A stretch of DNA of 64,000 nt, from assembly GCA_951406725.2 (NCBI GenBank), contig OX597824.1, positions 87,668,001-87,732,000 of the forward strand, written 5' to 3'. Positions 25,946-39,350 of this stretch are shown in pieces. Positions within the stretch are counted from its first letter, which is position 1; each line of letters starts with the position of its first letter. A model generated the notes under the pieces. That model was not told the origin of the DNA and made no database searches. It saw only the letters and a program-made list of their open reading frames with translations. Both the position numbers and the translations under genes were made by a program. The stretch comes from Octopus vulgaris (lineage: Eukaryota).

Positions 25946-27318
25946 TATATGTGTATGTATCTGTTACACAAACACACTTACATCTGCACCCACACAATCA
26001 TTTGTACACAACATGTGTGTGTGTGTATGTCTGTGTGTGTATGTATTATAGATTCTTCCATTGTTAGGTAACGGATGAGCATCTTTCAGTTTCTTTCTTA
26101 ACAACCACACAGATGATTTGTTTATAGTGATCAAATGTTTGTTTTCACATAATCTCACTCTCACCATCAAACTGACATTACCTGTACAGTTAACCTTTTC
26201 AGAGCCGTACCCCAGCACATGGCTGTAGTCCAATGACTGAAACACAGATAAGAGTTAGAGATATTGTATATGATGGTATAATAATTGCCCTAATTTTGGC
26301 ACCAGGCAAATCAATAAGGAAAAGGTCCATAGAAACCAGAGCGCTGGCAGGCAGCTATACCTAAAGATAACTGCAATCAGTTACCAAGGATCAAAACAAA
26401 TGGAAATCTCTTTATGTCTTATGCTTCACATGGATTTAAAGAATTATGAAGATGGTCAATTAAATTCATCCCATCAAAAAGAAGGACAAAGTTGACCTTA
26501 GCAGGGCTTGAACCCAGAATGAAAGGGGTTGTAACTAAATACTGTAAGGCATTTGTCCAACACTCTAATGGTTCAACCAATCCGTAACAAAGGTTGTGTT
26601 AGCTTTTATCTTTTTAACTTTTACTTCGTTCAGTCATTAGAATGTGGCCATGCTGGGGCACTCCCTTGAAGAATTCTGGTCAAACAAATCAACATAAGAA
26701 AAAATATATATATAAATAAAAAATATAGGTGGAAATTTTACCTGTGAGTGTGTTAAATTATAAGGCACAAAAAGAAAATTACTCTCCCCAGACACAACAG
26801 AATATGCTTCAACACACGAACTCATATAAAGAATCTTGCAAACCAAATCCAAAAACGAAATCTACATACTTATTCCATCAATCTTTTTTGCTGAACCACT
26901 AAGTTATGGGGGGGGGGGGTGTAAACACATTAGTACCAGTTGTCAAGCAGTGGTGGTCAGCTTATAATGCTGAATTCATTTCCATCCTTAGTGTTGTTTG
27001 GAAAAGGATGGAGTATTGTGGAGATGAAGCTTTCAAGTTTAATCCTTCTTATGCAATGGTTTATCTCCCCCCCCCCCACAAGCACACATGTAGACATGCA
27101 GTCGGTCAATCAGTCATTCACTCCATGTAGACATTCATTAAGAACTAATTAATACTTGTTTGTTATGTTTTGTCTTTGAAGTTTGCATCGGTGAAATTTG
27201 TCTTCTTGTAATTAATTACAATTAAAACAAGCCTATACTTTGACTTGAACCTGGGACTTGTTTTCCAATCGGGAAAATCTTTCAAAACGAACCGTCAGAA
27301 TTTTGGTAAATTAAGTGA

Positions 27319-27410
27319 TGACATCAGCAAAAATCTAACCAATCAAATTTCTGCATTAAACAATCCCTGAACTTCTTAGTAATGACGTCACCGCATATCT
27401 GTCCAATCAG
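27319..27410 (+). promoter_or_regulatory. Putative promoter or enhancer with two CRE + CCAAT modules
   Basis: TGACATCA 27319-27326 with CCAAT at 27339, and TGACGTCA 27383-27390 with CCAAT at 27403; both have 12-bp spacers and lie in non-repeat sequence. Confidence 0.5.
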
Positions 27411-27619
27411 ATTTGTTCTGGAGTGTGTAAAAAAGGAGACCAGAGAAGGGGACACACAGAGACACAGACTGTAACAGACAAGAGAAAGCAGAGAAGAGAA
27501 TGCAATTATGCATTCATATAAGGTGCTATTCACTATCAGCTGATGTTGACAGCCGGACCTGTTAAATATGAAAAGTCTGCAACACGAATTAAATTGATTA
27601 GATAGATTGATTTATATAC

Positions 27620-27930
<311 letters not shown>

Positions 27931-28061
27931 GTAGATAGATTGATTAGATAGATAGATAGATTGATAGGTAGATAGATGGATGGATGGATGGATAGATTGA
28001 TAGGTAGATAGATAGATAGGTAGATAGATTGATTAGCTGGATAGATAGATAGATAGATAGA

Positions 28062-28242
28062 TATGAGAATTGGCTGAAGTACCTTCATAGGCTGATGAAG
28101 ATACTCTCTTGGAATGTGAGCAAATGAGGCTTATTTTTCAACATGGTCCTCACCACCTTGCGGTCCACACACTTCTTCCATTGGTGTTGGATCCCATTGG
28201 TGAAGAAGCTTTCATCCTGTGGTTCGAAAAAGTCATCAACAG
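28062..28242 (-). pseudogene. Tc1/mariner transposase C-terminal relic
   Basis: AVDDFFEPQDESFFTNGIQHQWKKCVDRK resembles the mariner C-terminal F(Y/F)xxGI..W.KCV motif. Confidence 0.7.
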
Positions 28243-28559
28243 CAATCCAACAATTGAAACCAGGATCTTTTGGCTGTGAATGCAGCACCGTAACCACAGG
28301 GGCCATGCATCTCCACAGTATCATAAAGACACAATGTTAAGCCTGTGTTTAAGCCTGTGTTCCAGTTCTAACTTGTGTAACTTGTACCAGCTCAGCACAT
28401 GTTTAAATATATGTATATGGCATATGTACGTGATGAAGAGTAAGATGTTATGATTGATTTTTTTTCGTTTTGATCTTTGCGGAACCATGTGTTGTTATAT
28501 GAGTGACATGCACCAACAGCATGCACTCACATCATCTGTGTATCTAGAATTTCTAACTT

Positions 28560-28706
28560 AATCTAGGTGGATATACATACATGCATATATTTGTTTTTGC
28601 TTATATGTACATAGATACATATAAACAAACATACACACACACTTTTGTATGTAAGTATGTATGTATAAATATGTGTCTGTATACATATATATACTTTATA
28701 TATACA

Positions 28707-28740
<34 letters not shown>

Positions 28741-28935
28741 CACATATATATATATATATATATAGATAGATAGATAGATAGATAGATAGGCAGATGGACT
28801 TATACACACACACACACATATATATATATATACATACATATATATACATATATATATATATACATTTATATATATACATAGACACACACACATATATATG
28901 TGTGTGTATATATATATATATATATACACACACAC

Positions 28936-28966
<31 letters not shown>

Positions 28967-29045
28967 TACATATATATATATATATACACACACACACACC
29001 TACATATATACATACATACATATATATATATAATACACACATATA
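28560..29045. repeat. (TA/CA)n compound microsatellite
   Basis: Direct inspection. Confidence 0.9.
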
Positions 29046-29336
29046 CATTCACAAGCACATGCAGTATGTTTAATATATTGACGTCTTCTCCATCTCTTTA
29101 GAAATTTCAAGGACTCTTCTAATAATAATAATAATAACAACAACAACAACAACAATAATAATAATAGTTTTAGTGATCTTCAGCATTCTCCTTTTTGTTT
29201 TTACATTATTCTTTTTTTTTTTTGTCTTATTACTCTTACAAAGAAAGAAAGGACTAATTAAACTGATTAAGCTGTCTCAGTTGCCATGCAGTCTCTGTCT
29301 GTCTGCCTGTCTGTCAGTCTATCCCTCTCGCCCTTG

Positions 29337-29369
<33 letters not shown>

Positions 29370-29617
29370 TTGATCTCTCTCTCTCTCTCCTACATAGTTA
29401 GCTGTATTACAGATGGCTCAGTTTATCAGTTCTTAGTTTTCACAGTAATTTAGTTCCATGGTTCCGTTGAATTCAATAATCAATATGAAACAACTATTTG
29501 TTCCGTATTGATTGTTATTCTATAGTTTCTTTCATATATTTCATCAATATTTTTCTTTATATTTGTTTAACTCAGTTTGTTTGCCAAAAGTTTATTTTCT
29601 GCTTCTTTGTTATTTCC

Positions 29618-29657
<40 letters not shown>

Positions 29658-29692
29658 CATCATCATCATCATCATCATCATCATTATCATTA

Positions 29693-29743
<51 letters not shown>

Positions 29744-29751
29744 CATCATCA

Positions 29752-29813
<62 letters not shown>
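29618..29813. repeat. (TTA/TCA)n microsatellite
   Basis: Direct inspection. Confidence 0.9.
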
Positions 29814-30242
29814 GTTTCTGGTTCCTATAGATGTTTATCAGACTATCCCTTTCTGTCTCATAACTACAAGTTCAAAGACGGTCGTACCACGGCCGTGGCA
29901 TTTAACTCACTCAAGAAAGACATGTCCACTTATCTTATCTCCTCATCACATGAACTGGCATGTCTGCTAAGAAGTTGCATGGTCTGTACCTGAGTTCAGA
30001 GCCAGGCAGGCAGACAGGCAGACACACATGGATAGACAGACAGGCAGATAAGCAGGCAAGCAGACAGACACACAGATAGACAGACAGGCAGGCAGACACA
30101 TAGACAGACAGGCAGGCAGACACACAGATATACAGACAGGCAGGCATACAGACAAACACACAGATCAACAGACGGACAGACAGATGAATAGACTGATTGA
30201 TTGATTGATTAGGTAGATAAGTAAGTAGATAGCTAGGTATAA

Positions 30243-30819
30243 AGGTGGTGAGCTGGCAGAAATGTTAGCACACCAGGTGAGATGCTTAGCAGTATTTTGT
30301 CTGCCGTTACGTCCTGAGTTCAAATTCCACCGAGGTCGATTTTGCCTTTCATCCTTTCAGGGTCGAAAAAATTAAGTACCAGTTACGCACTGGGGTCGAT
30401 GTAATCGACTTAATCCCTTTGTCTGTGTTTGTTTGTCCCCTCTGTGTTTAGCCCCTTGTGGACAGTAAAGAAATAAGATAGCTAGGTATATAGACAGACA
30501 GACAGATTAATTGATTGATTGATTAGGTAGGTAGGTAGGTAGGTGGGTAGGTAGGTAGGTAGGTAGGTGGGTAGGTAGGTAGGTAGATAGAGGGTAGGTA
30601 GGCGGTGAGCTGGCAGAAACGTTAGCACGCCGGGCGAAATGCTTAGCAGTATTTCGTCTGTCGCTTCGCTCTGAGTTCAAATTCCGCTGAGGTCGACTTT
30701 GCCTTTCATCCTTTCGAGGTCGATTAAATAAGGACCAGTTACGCACTGGGGTCAGTATAATCGACTTAATCTGTTTGTCCCCTCTGTGTATAGCCCCTTG
30801 TGGACAGTAAAGAAATAAG
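30243..30819 (+). mobile_element. Two SINE family B copies (30243-30477, 30601-30819) with a duplicated 3' flank
   Basis: Both followed by AGATAGCTAGGTATATAGACAGACAG; the same AGATAGCTAGGTATA precedes the first copy. Confidence 0.8.
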
Positions 30820-31019
30820 ATAGCTAGGTATATAGACAGACAGACAGATTAATTGATTGATTGATTAGGTAGGTAGGTAGGTAGGTAGGTAGATAGGTAG
30901 GTGGGTGGGTAGGTAGGTAGGTAGGTAGGTAGAGGGACAGACAGACAGATAGATAGACAGATAGATAGACAGACAGACAGATAGATAGATAAATAGATAG
31001 ACAGACAGACAGACAGATT

Positions 31020-31052
<33 letters not shown>

Positions 31053-31559
31053 ATAGATAAACAGATAGATAGGCACACAGACAAACTGAGAAAGAGAGAG
31101 AGAAGTGGGAGAGGAGAGAGAGAGACAGACAGACAAATAGATAAACTGATTAAAATATTGATAGCAAAATCCCATATACACTGGTATACACTAAGGCAAA
31201 CATTTATTCCATTTGTGAAGCTGCATGGCTTAATGGTTAGAATGTTGGGATCATAGTCATAAGTTTGGAGTGGGGTTCAAGTCCTGAACTTGGCAGTGCA
31301 TTGTGTCCTTGAGCAAGGCAATTCCTTTCATATCGGTCCAGTCTACTTGGTTGAAACAATTACCAGCTTTGTGCAGATGCTGTCCTTCAATTTCTCTCCC
31401 CTGTTCTCACATCTCTGTTGCTTCCCTGGGATCAAGAGCAGAAGGGCTGAGAGAGTATCTATGTCCGCTCACAACTCTATGAGTTTCTGAAGCAATTACT
31501 GAAAGCATGGGACTTGCTAACGAGTCATACTTGCTTGCCAATTAAAACTATAATTTTAA

Positions 31560-32211
31560 CCTCTTTGATGTCAACCTCCCTGAGTCTGCTCTTGGTTCTC
31601 TGATAAAAAAAATTTCCTACTTTAAAATGACCTTAATTAAAACCCGTCAAAATTTTGTTTCCATTTATGCATCAAACACTTGCTTAATAATCCTTTCTAT
31701 TACAGGAACAGGGCCTGAAATTTTGGAAGGGGTGCTTACATTGACCCCAGTGCTTGACTGGTTCTTATTCGATTGATCCTGGAAGGATGAAAAGCAAAGT
31801 CAATCTCTATGGAATTTGAACTTAGAACATAAAGATGGCTAGAATGCTGCTTAGACAAAATACCACAAAGCATTTCGCCCGGTGTGCTAACATTTCTTAT
31901 TTCTTTATTGCCCACAAGGGGCTAAACATAGAGGGGACAAACAAGGACAGACAAAGGGATTCAGTCGATTACATCGACCCCAGTGCATAACTGGTTCTTA
32001 ATTTATCGACCCCGAAAGGATGAATGGCAAAGTCGACCTCGGTGGAATTTGAACTCAGAACGCAGTGGCGGACGAAATACCACAAAGCATTTCTCCTGGC
32101 GTGCTAACGTTTCTGCCAGCTCACTGCTTTCACCTTACTTAATAATGACAGATATTTTTCTAAATTCATTATTTCCAAAATAGATTGAACAAAAATAGGG
32201 TAACTAAAGGG
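31560..32211. mobile_element. Old TTAA-flanked MITE interrupted by SINE B copies
   Basis: Right end GTAACTAAAGGG-TTAA (32200-32215), degenerate left end after TTAA 31556-31559; the insert is flanked by CTTAATAAT at 31683-31691 and 32138-32146. Confidence 0.55.
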
Positions 32212-32218
32212 TTAATAT

Positions 32219-32440
32219 GGAGGTGCATGGCTTAGTGGTTTTGGGTGTTGGACTCATGATCATAAAATTGTAGTTTCGATTCCTGGATTGGGCGATGCAT
32301 TGTGTTCTTGAGCAAGACACTTTATTTTTTATTGCTTCAGTCCACTTAGCTGGTAAAAATGAGTAATCTTGGAACAGATTGGTGTCCCTTCCAGGAAAGA
32401 ATATATAGGCCAGAGAAACTGGGAAGCCAGCCCTATGCTC
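32219..32440 (+). mobile_element. SINE family C-related, diverged
   Basis: GGAGGTGCATGGCTTAGTGGTT head and B box GTTTCGATTCC. Confidence 0.7.
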
Positions 32441-32857
32441 CTTATGAAGTAATGTGGACTGACCAAAGGGTTAACGCCTTTATCAATGTCTTTGCTTTAT
32501 ATTTTACTTTTCACTGAAGAAGCAGATGAAGCTCATTCTATTATCAAGGAACACTTCATCATTGGATGACCTTTTATAATCAAAGCACTTTTAATGAAAG
32601 GAGTTACATAGATTAATAGAATTTATTTGTGTGACAGCAAAGCTAAGATAACCAGATTAACATTCTTGGCTCAGAAATAACACAAGGCCACTTGCTCGGA
32701 TATGCTTTATGACAGATAAATTCATAAGTAGAGGCCACTTAATGTTTACGGGTGCTTATGTATATATGGAATAAGTTTTATTTGATTACAAAATAGTTTC
32801 AAGGTTCTTGGTGTGAATTTGAGTGTTGAAACAAATTTTGGAGAGTCTTGGGAGAGT

Positions 32858-33141
32858 CATCATCATTATTCGTTTAACGTCCGCTTTCCATGCTAGCATG
32901 GGTTGAACGATTTTGACAGAGGGCTGGCGAACCAGATGGCTGCACCAGGCTCCAATCTTGATTTCGCAGAGTTTCTGCAGCTGGATGCCCTTCCTAATGC
33001 CAACCATTCCGAGAGTGTAGTGGGTGCTTTTACGTGCCACCAGCATGGGGGCCACTCAGGCGGTACTGGCAATGACCTCGCTCGAATCCTTTTACACATG
33101 CCACCAACACAAGTGCCAGTAAGGCGATGCTGGTAACGATC
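32858..33141 (-). mobile_element. RTE 3' UTR fragment
   Basis: Shared RTE 3' end motifs. Confidence 0.8.
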
Positions 33142-33546
33142 AATACGCCAATAATAATAACACACGTACAGATTCAATTCCACTTCTTTCTTATTAGTCA
33201 ATTGGTTAAATATCTACCTATCTAATCAATCATTTGTTTAATGAGTTGGTTAAACAGTCGATCAATTTGTTTGTTCGTCAAAGTTCTTTCGCTGCCATTT
33301 GCAACTATTTTCAGAGACTCGTGATCTGCCAACTCAAAATGAAGGCTGCTTTCACCTGTTTCTCTTACAGTTCAGTTTTTGCCAAATTCTTTGCAGTGAT
33401 TAATGTTATGGTTAAGATTGGTTTATTGTGGATTCTAAACAATGCAACAAAGTAAACAAGAAGCTTGTTTCTTTTAAGAAAAGTTTTATTCAAGTGGAAT
33501 TATACTATACAAATGAATAGGGCATAAAATAGTAAATATGCATATG

Positions 33547-34104
33547 GCGTAGGAGTGGCTGTGTGGTAAGTAGCTTGCTTACGAACCGCATGGATCCAGG
33601 TTCAGTCCCACTGCATGGCACCTTGGGCAAGTGTCTTCTGCTATAGCCTCGGGCCAACGAGAGCCTTGTGAGTGGATTTGGTAGACGGAAACTGAAAGAA
33701 GGCCGTCGTATATATGTATATATATATATATGTATGTATATCATCATCATCATCATCATCATCATCGTTTAACGTCCGCTTTCCGCGCTAGCACGGGTTG
33801 GACGGTTTGACCGGGTCTGGGAAGCCAGGGGCCGCACCAGGCTCCAGTCTGAATCTGGCAGAGTTTCTACGGCTGGATGCCCTTCCTAACGCCAACCACT
33901 CCGTGAGTGGATTGGGTGCTTTTACGTGCCACCTGCACAGGGGCCGGAGGGTCCGGCATCGTCACGATCGGTTCGAGCATTTTAACGTGTCAGCGGCACG
34001 GGGGCAACGAGGTCCGGGGTATGGGGATCCAGGGTACTTTGGGGATCTGGGGTACTTAGAATGAGTAGGGGGTATGTGGAATTGCTGCAGAAAGCAGCCC
34101 AGGT

Positions 34105-34195
<91 letters not shown>

Positions 34196-34400
34196 GTTTG
34201 TATTTGTGTGTCTGTGTTTGTGTGTCTGTGTTTGTCCCCCAACATCGCTTTAAAATCGATGCTGGTGTGTTTACCACCCCGTAACTTACTGGTTCGGCAA
34301 AAGAGACTAATAGAATAAGTCCTGGGGTCGATTTGCTCGAGTAAAGGTGGTGCTCCAGCATGGCCACAGTCAAATGACTGAAACAAGTAAAAGAGTAAAA
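33547..34400 (+). mobile_element. SINE family A split by a minus-strand RTE 3' fragment (33741-34107)
   Basis: The RTE piece is nearly identical to 3737-4114; SINE head 33547-33740 and tail ~34200-34400. Confidence 0.85.
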
Positions 34401-34793
34401 AGGGGAGGGGTTAATTGGCCTTAGAACAGCCTCAATAAACACATGTATATCCACTTGTATAATCTGTTTAAACATCCAAGCATATAATTACTTTTGTTTA
34501 TCAATCCATCTCAGCATATATTTTGAGTTCATCATAACAATTAAAAATATACAGCAAATGATATAATTCTATATTAATTATGATGTACTTTTTAGGATAC
34601 AATATAAATTTATGATAGGCGCAGGTGTGGCTATGAGGTAAGTAGTTTGTTTCCCTCCCACATAGCTCTGGGTTCAATCCCATCATGAATACCTTAGGCA
34701 AGAGTCTTTTACTATAGCCTTGGGCTGACTAAAATCTTGTGAGTGGATATAATAGATGGAAAGTGAAAGAAGTCTGTCATATATATATTTAAA

Positions 34794-34836
<43 letters not shown>

Positions 34837-34837
34837 T

Positions 34838-35225
34838 AGGAGTGGCTGTGTGGTAAGTAGCTTGCTTACGAACCACATGGTTCCGGGTTCATTCCCACTG
34901 CGTGGCAACTTGGGCAAGTGTTTTCTACTATAGCCTTGGGCCGACCAAAGCCTTGTGAGTGGATTTGGTAGACGGAGACTGAAAGAAGCCCGTCGTATAT
35001 ATGTATATATATGTATATGTGTGTGTGTGTCTGTGTTTGTCCCCCTAGCATTGCTTGACAACCAATGCTGTTGTGTTTATGTCCCCATCACTTAGCGGTT
35101 CGACAAAAGAGACCGATAGAATAAGTACTAGGCTTACAAAGAATAATTCCTGGGGTCGATTTGCTCGACTAAAGGCGGTGCTCCAGCATGGCCACAGTCA
35201 AATGACTGAAACAAGTAAAAGAATA
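34838..35225 (+). mobile_element. SINE family A
   Basis: Family motifs. Confidence 0.85.
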
Positions 35226-35228
35226 AAA

Positions 35229-35259
<31 letters not shown>

Positions 35260-35717
35260 GTGATGGGGCCATAAACACAGACACACAAACATACACACAC
35301 ACACACACACATACACCTCACTCAACCAGCCACCCACCAACCCACCCAGAAACTTATACATATCTATGCCTCAATAGAAGATAAATGTTTATTCATCCTG
35401 TTCACTCAGCTGAACTCTATATTCCATTATGTATTTAACTTTACATAACAAAAGGTGTATCAATGCTTTGCCAGCCTTTTATTGACTTTCTCTTTTTACC
35501 AAGGTGAGAGGTGGACGGCTTACAAAGAATAAGTCCTGGGGGGTTGAGTTGCTTGATTAAAGGCGGTGCTCCAGCATGGCCGCAGTCAAATGACTGAAAC
35601 AAGTAAAAGAGTAAAGAGTAAAAGAGAGTAAAGTATTTCCTGCTGTGTGGTAAATTTGTCAATGAACACCATACAATACTGTCAAGCTGTCCAACCCATG
35701 CCAGCATGGAAAACATA

Positions 35718-36120
35718 GGCGCAGGAGTGGCTGTGTGGTAAGTAGCTTGCTTACCAACCACATGGTTCCGGGTTCAGTCCCACTGCGTGGCACCTTGGGC
35801 AAGTGTCTTCTACTATAGCCTCGGGCCAACCAAAGCCTTGTGAGTGGATTTGGTAGACGGAAACTGAAAGAAGCCCATCGTATGTATATATATGCGTGTG
35901 TGTGTTTGTGTATCTGTGTTTGTCCCCCTAGCATTGCTTCACAACCGATGCTGGTGTGTTTACGTCCCCGTTACTTAATGGTTCGGCAAAAAGAGACTGA
36001 TAGAATAAGTACTGGGCTTACAAAAAGAATAAGTCCCGGGGTCGAGTTGCTCGATTAAAGGCGGTGCTCCAGCATGGCCGCAGTCAAATGACTGAAACAA
36101 GTAAAAGAGTAAAAGAGAGA
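35718..36120 (+). mobile_element. SINE family A, full length
   Basis: Family motifs. Confidence 0.88.
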
Positions 36121-36773
36121 TGTTAAATGTTGATGTTGCTGATGATGATGATGATGATGATGATGAATGCACCATGCTCCTTCAAAAATGTCAAAGGTCA
36201 TCTTAAAACATGATCTTTAACGGTTGTATTTGAAAAAAAAGAAAAAAAACCGAAAAAGATTGCTGTCCTTTTAGCAACTTCAACATTTCAAAACTCTACT
36301 ATTTACTAATTAATTCCACTCTAGCCATTTTTATTTCATTTACATCACCAATACTCATGAGAAGATAATAATAATAATAATAAAAAGCAAAAAAAAAAAA
36401 AGGAAAAAAAAGCATCTACATCATCTCACAATCACATTTCTCATCTGCTATAAACATCTGAAGACTTGTGCTTATATAACAAATCAATACCTCATCTCAT
36501 CTCTTATTCTATTTTTAATTCCTATCTCTAGACTTTTCTCATCTTTCCCCTTATTCGCTGCTTCTCTCACTTCTCCTCCCGTGTGTTTGCCGTGGTTTGC
36601 ACCTTTAAGTCTCTGCCTGTCGCCGCCCCCAACACCCACTCCAGCCCCACCCCCTGCCCTCCCTCCCCTGCTTTCTCTGGATTTATGTCGTAGTCACCTT
36701 GAGTCTCTTCTGTTTTCCTTCCCTCTCTGCATCTCTTTCTGTCTCTCTCTCTCTCTCCATATCATTATATAAG

Positions 36774-36813
<40 letters not shown>

Positions 36814-36827
36814 TATAAATATATAAG

Positions 36828-36859
<32 letters not shown>

Positions 36860-37005
36860 CATGTATGTATATTCACATGCACACACACATACATACATTC
36901 ATACATACACACACAACACACATATACGTATACATATACACAAACATGGTTGTGTGTGTGTGTATGTATATATATATACATATATACATACATATATATA
37001 CATAT

Positions 37006-37082
<77 letters not shown>

Positions 37083-37178
37083 TAGTTGAATGAATTATCC
37101 TAGTATGGATGATTATCACTATGGACTCCGTGTGGGCAGTCATCTAAAAGTTTTTGTTCGTCATGATGTTGACATAAG

Positions 37179-37277
37179 TTCCTTGTCTTTCCTGATGAGA
37201 AGGCGGCATAATGCACCCTTTATTCCTTCGGAATTAAGAATATGCAGTCTTCGAAACATATGTCGAGAATAAAGGAA
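37179..37277 (+). ncRNA. Type I hammerhead ribozyme within a (TA)n-flanked island (37080-37315)
   Basis: CTGATGA 37192-37198; stem II GAAGGC/GTCTTC plus GCATA/TATGC; GAAA 37253-37256; stem III AC-ATAT-GT; GTC site 37262-37264; stem I TTTC/GAGA plus TTCCTT/AAGGAA. Confidence 0.8.
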
Positions 37278-38078
37278 TTTTGTTAAATCGTCGTTCGACT
37301 CCATTCTTTCATTTATTTATATATATATATATATATATGTATATAAACATATATATATATAAATAAACATATATATATACATATAGATATACATATACAC
37401 ACACACATATATATATATATAACATATATATATATACATACATATATATATATATATATATGGAGGCACACACACACACACACACATACACACACACCTG
37501 TGCACAAACACATGTCTATGTGTGTAAAACATGCATCACCCTCCTCTCCGAGTTCAACGCGCGAAAGGTTGCACAAAAAATTCTTTCTCACTAAAATCGA
37601 ATCATTCTTTTAAATCACCAATTAAAAATCTTTGACTCTTCAAAAGAAATATTAACCTCATGCCTTTCCTTACATGCCCACTTCCACTTTCTGGCCTCTA
37701 CATAAGTTTTGTAGTCTACAGACAGATGGACCCCGTTTGAAATACCAAAAAATGAAATTATAATTAGAAATAATAAATGCTATTTTTTTAATGATGTTTA
37801 GCTTTTAAAAATTTTTTTCCATAAAAAGAAAGATATCTAAAAATATTAATTAACTCTATCAGTGTTAATTAACAGGCTAATAACTGATTAATTACAGAAT
37901 GAGAGAGCTTTTCCAGGCATGGCTCTGTTGTAAGATGTTTGCTTTCCAATCACACGTTTTCGGGTTCAAGTCCCACTGAGAGAAACCTTGGGCAAGTGCC
38001 TCCTTCTATAACCTTAGGCCAACCAATGCCTTGCGAACAGATTTGGCTTATGAAAACTGAAAGAAGCCCATCATGCAT

Positions 38079-38109
<31 letters not shown>

Positions 38110-38111
38110 TA

Positions 38112-38218
38112 CCGGAGTAAACACATAAATGTGAAACAAGGTGGAAAAAAGAGTACTCAAATACCAGTGGTAGAGTAATATGCTTTATTTAAAGCAGCAG
38201 AAAATTCAACAAAACCTG

Positions 38219-38220
<2 letters not shown>
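38112..38220. mobile_element. (TA)n-embedded island, truncated copy of the element at 47587
   Basis: Near-identical to 47587-47703. Confidence 0.7.
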
Positions 38221-38279
<59 letters not shown>

Positions 38280-38281
<2 letters not shown>

Positions 38282-38457
38282 AGAGTTTACGAATAAAAAC
38301 AAAAGATGAAGACAGGTGGTGTACAAAACAAACAGATGTTTTAGTATAATGCTCAGGAATAGAAAAAGTCTTTTATGTTTCGAGCCTCTGCTCTTCTACA
38401 GAAAGGGACACAGAAAAAACAAAGAGAGAAAAAAATGTGTGTAGTGGTTAACGATCT
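38280..38457 (-). mobile_element. (TA)n-embedded island with a hammerhead-like motif (Penelope-like remnant, tentative)
   Basis: Second copy at 47051-47240; both are bounded by (TA)n. Confidence 0.55.
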
Positions 38458-38474
38458 ATATATATATATATATG

Positions 38475-38509
<35 letters not shown>

Positions 38510-38932
38510 AATATATATATATATATATATAAAATGAAACAATATATATATAAACATAAGTATATATATATATGTATGAAGACGCATGGCTCAGTGGTTA
38601 GAGCGTCGAGCTTACGATCGTGAGGTTGTGAGTTCTAATCCCAGACCGGGATGTGTGTTGTGTTCTTGTGCAAGACATTTTATTTCATACTGGTTTGGCA
38701 AAAGCAACTGATAGAATAAGTACTAGGTTTACAAACAATAAGTCCTGTATCGATTTGTTTGACTAAAGGTGGTGCTCCAGCATGGCTGCAGTCAAATGAC
38801 TGAAACAAATAAAAGAATTCTAGATTATCTGGAATAGTTCTGGTTTAACACCCTTGCTTGTCTATTCCAGCCAATCTGATGGTTTTAAAATAAAATATTC
38901 ACAAAATTTAATCATTTTTATGAGCTAGTACA

Positions 38933-39350
38933 GGCATGGGAGTGGCTGTGTGGTAAGTAGCTTGCTTACGAACTACATAGTTCCGGGTTCTGTCCCACTG
39001 CATGGCACCTTGGGCAAGTGTCTTCTACTATAGCCTTGGGCCAACCAAAGCCTTGTGAGTGGACTTGGTAGACAGAAACTGAAAGAAGCCCATCGTATGT
39101 ATGTATATATATATATATATATATGTATGTGTATGTGTGTATATGTTTGTGTGTCTGTGTTTGTCCCCCCAACATTGCTTGGCAACCGATGCTGGTGTGT
39201 TTATGTCCCCATAACTTAGCAGTTTGACAAAAGATACCAATAGAATAAGTACTAGGCTTACAAAGAATAAGTCCTGGGATCGATGTGCTCAACTAAAGGT
39301 GATGCTCCAGCATGGCCACAGTCAAATGACTGAAACAAGTAAAAGAGAAA
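38933..39350 (+). mobile_element. SINE family A
   Basis: Family motifs. Confidence 0.85.

Noticed and set aside
36540-36720. GC-richer, pyrimidine-rich stretch as a possible promoter or exon
   Set aside because: No clear splice sites, motif organisation or coding signal
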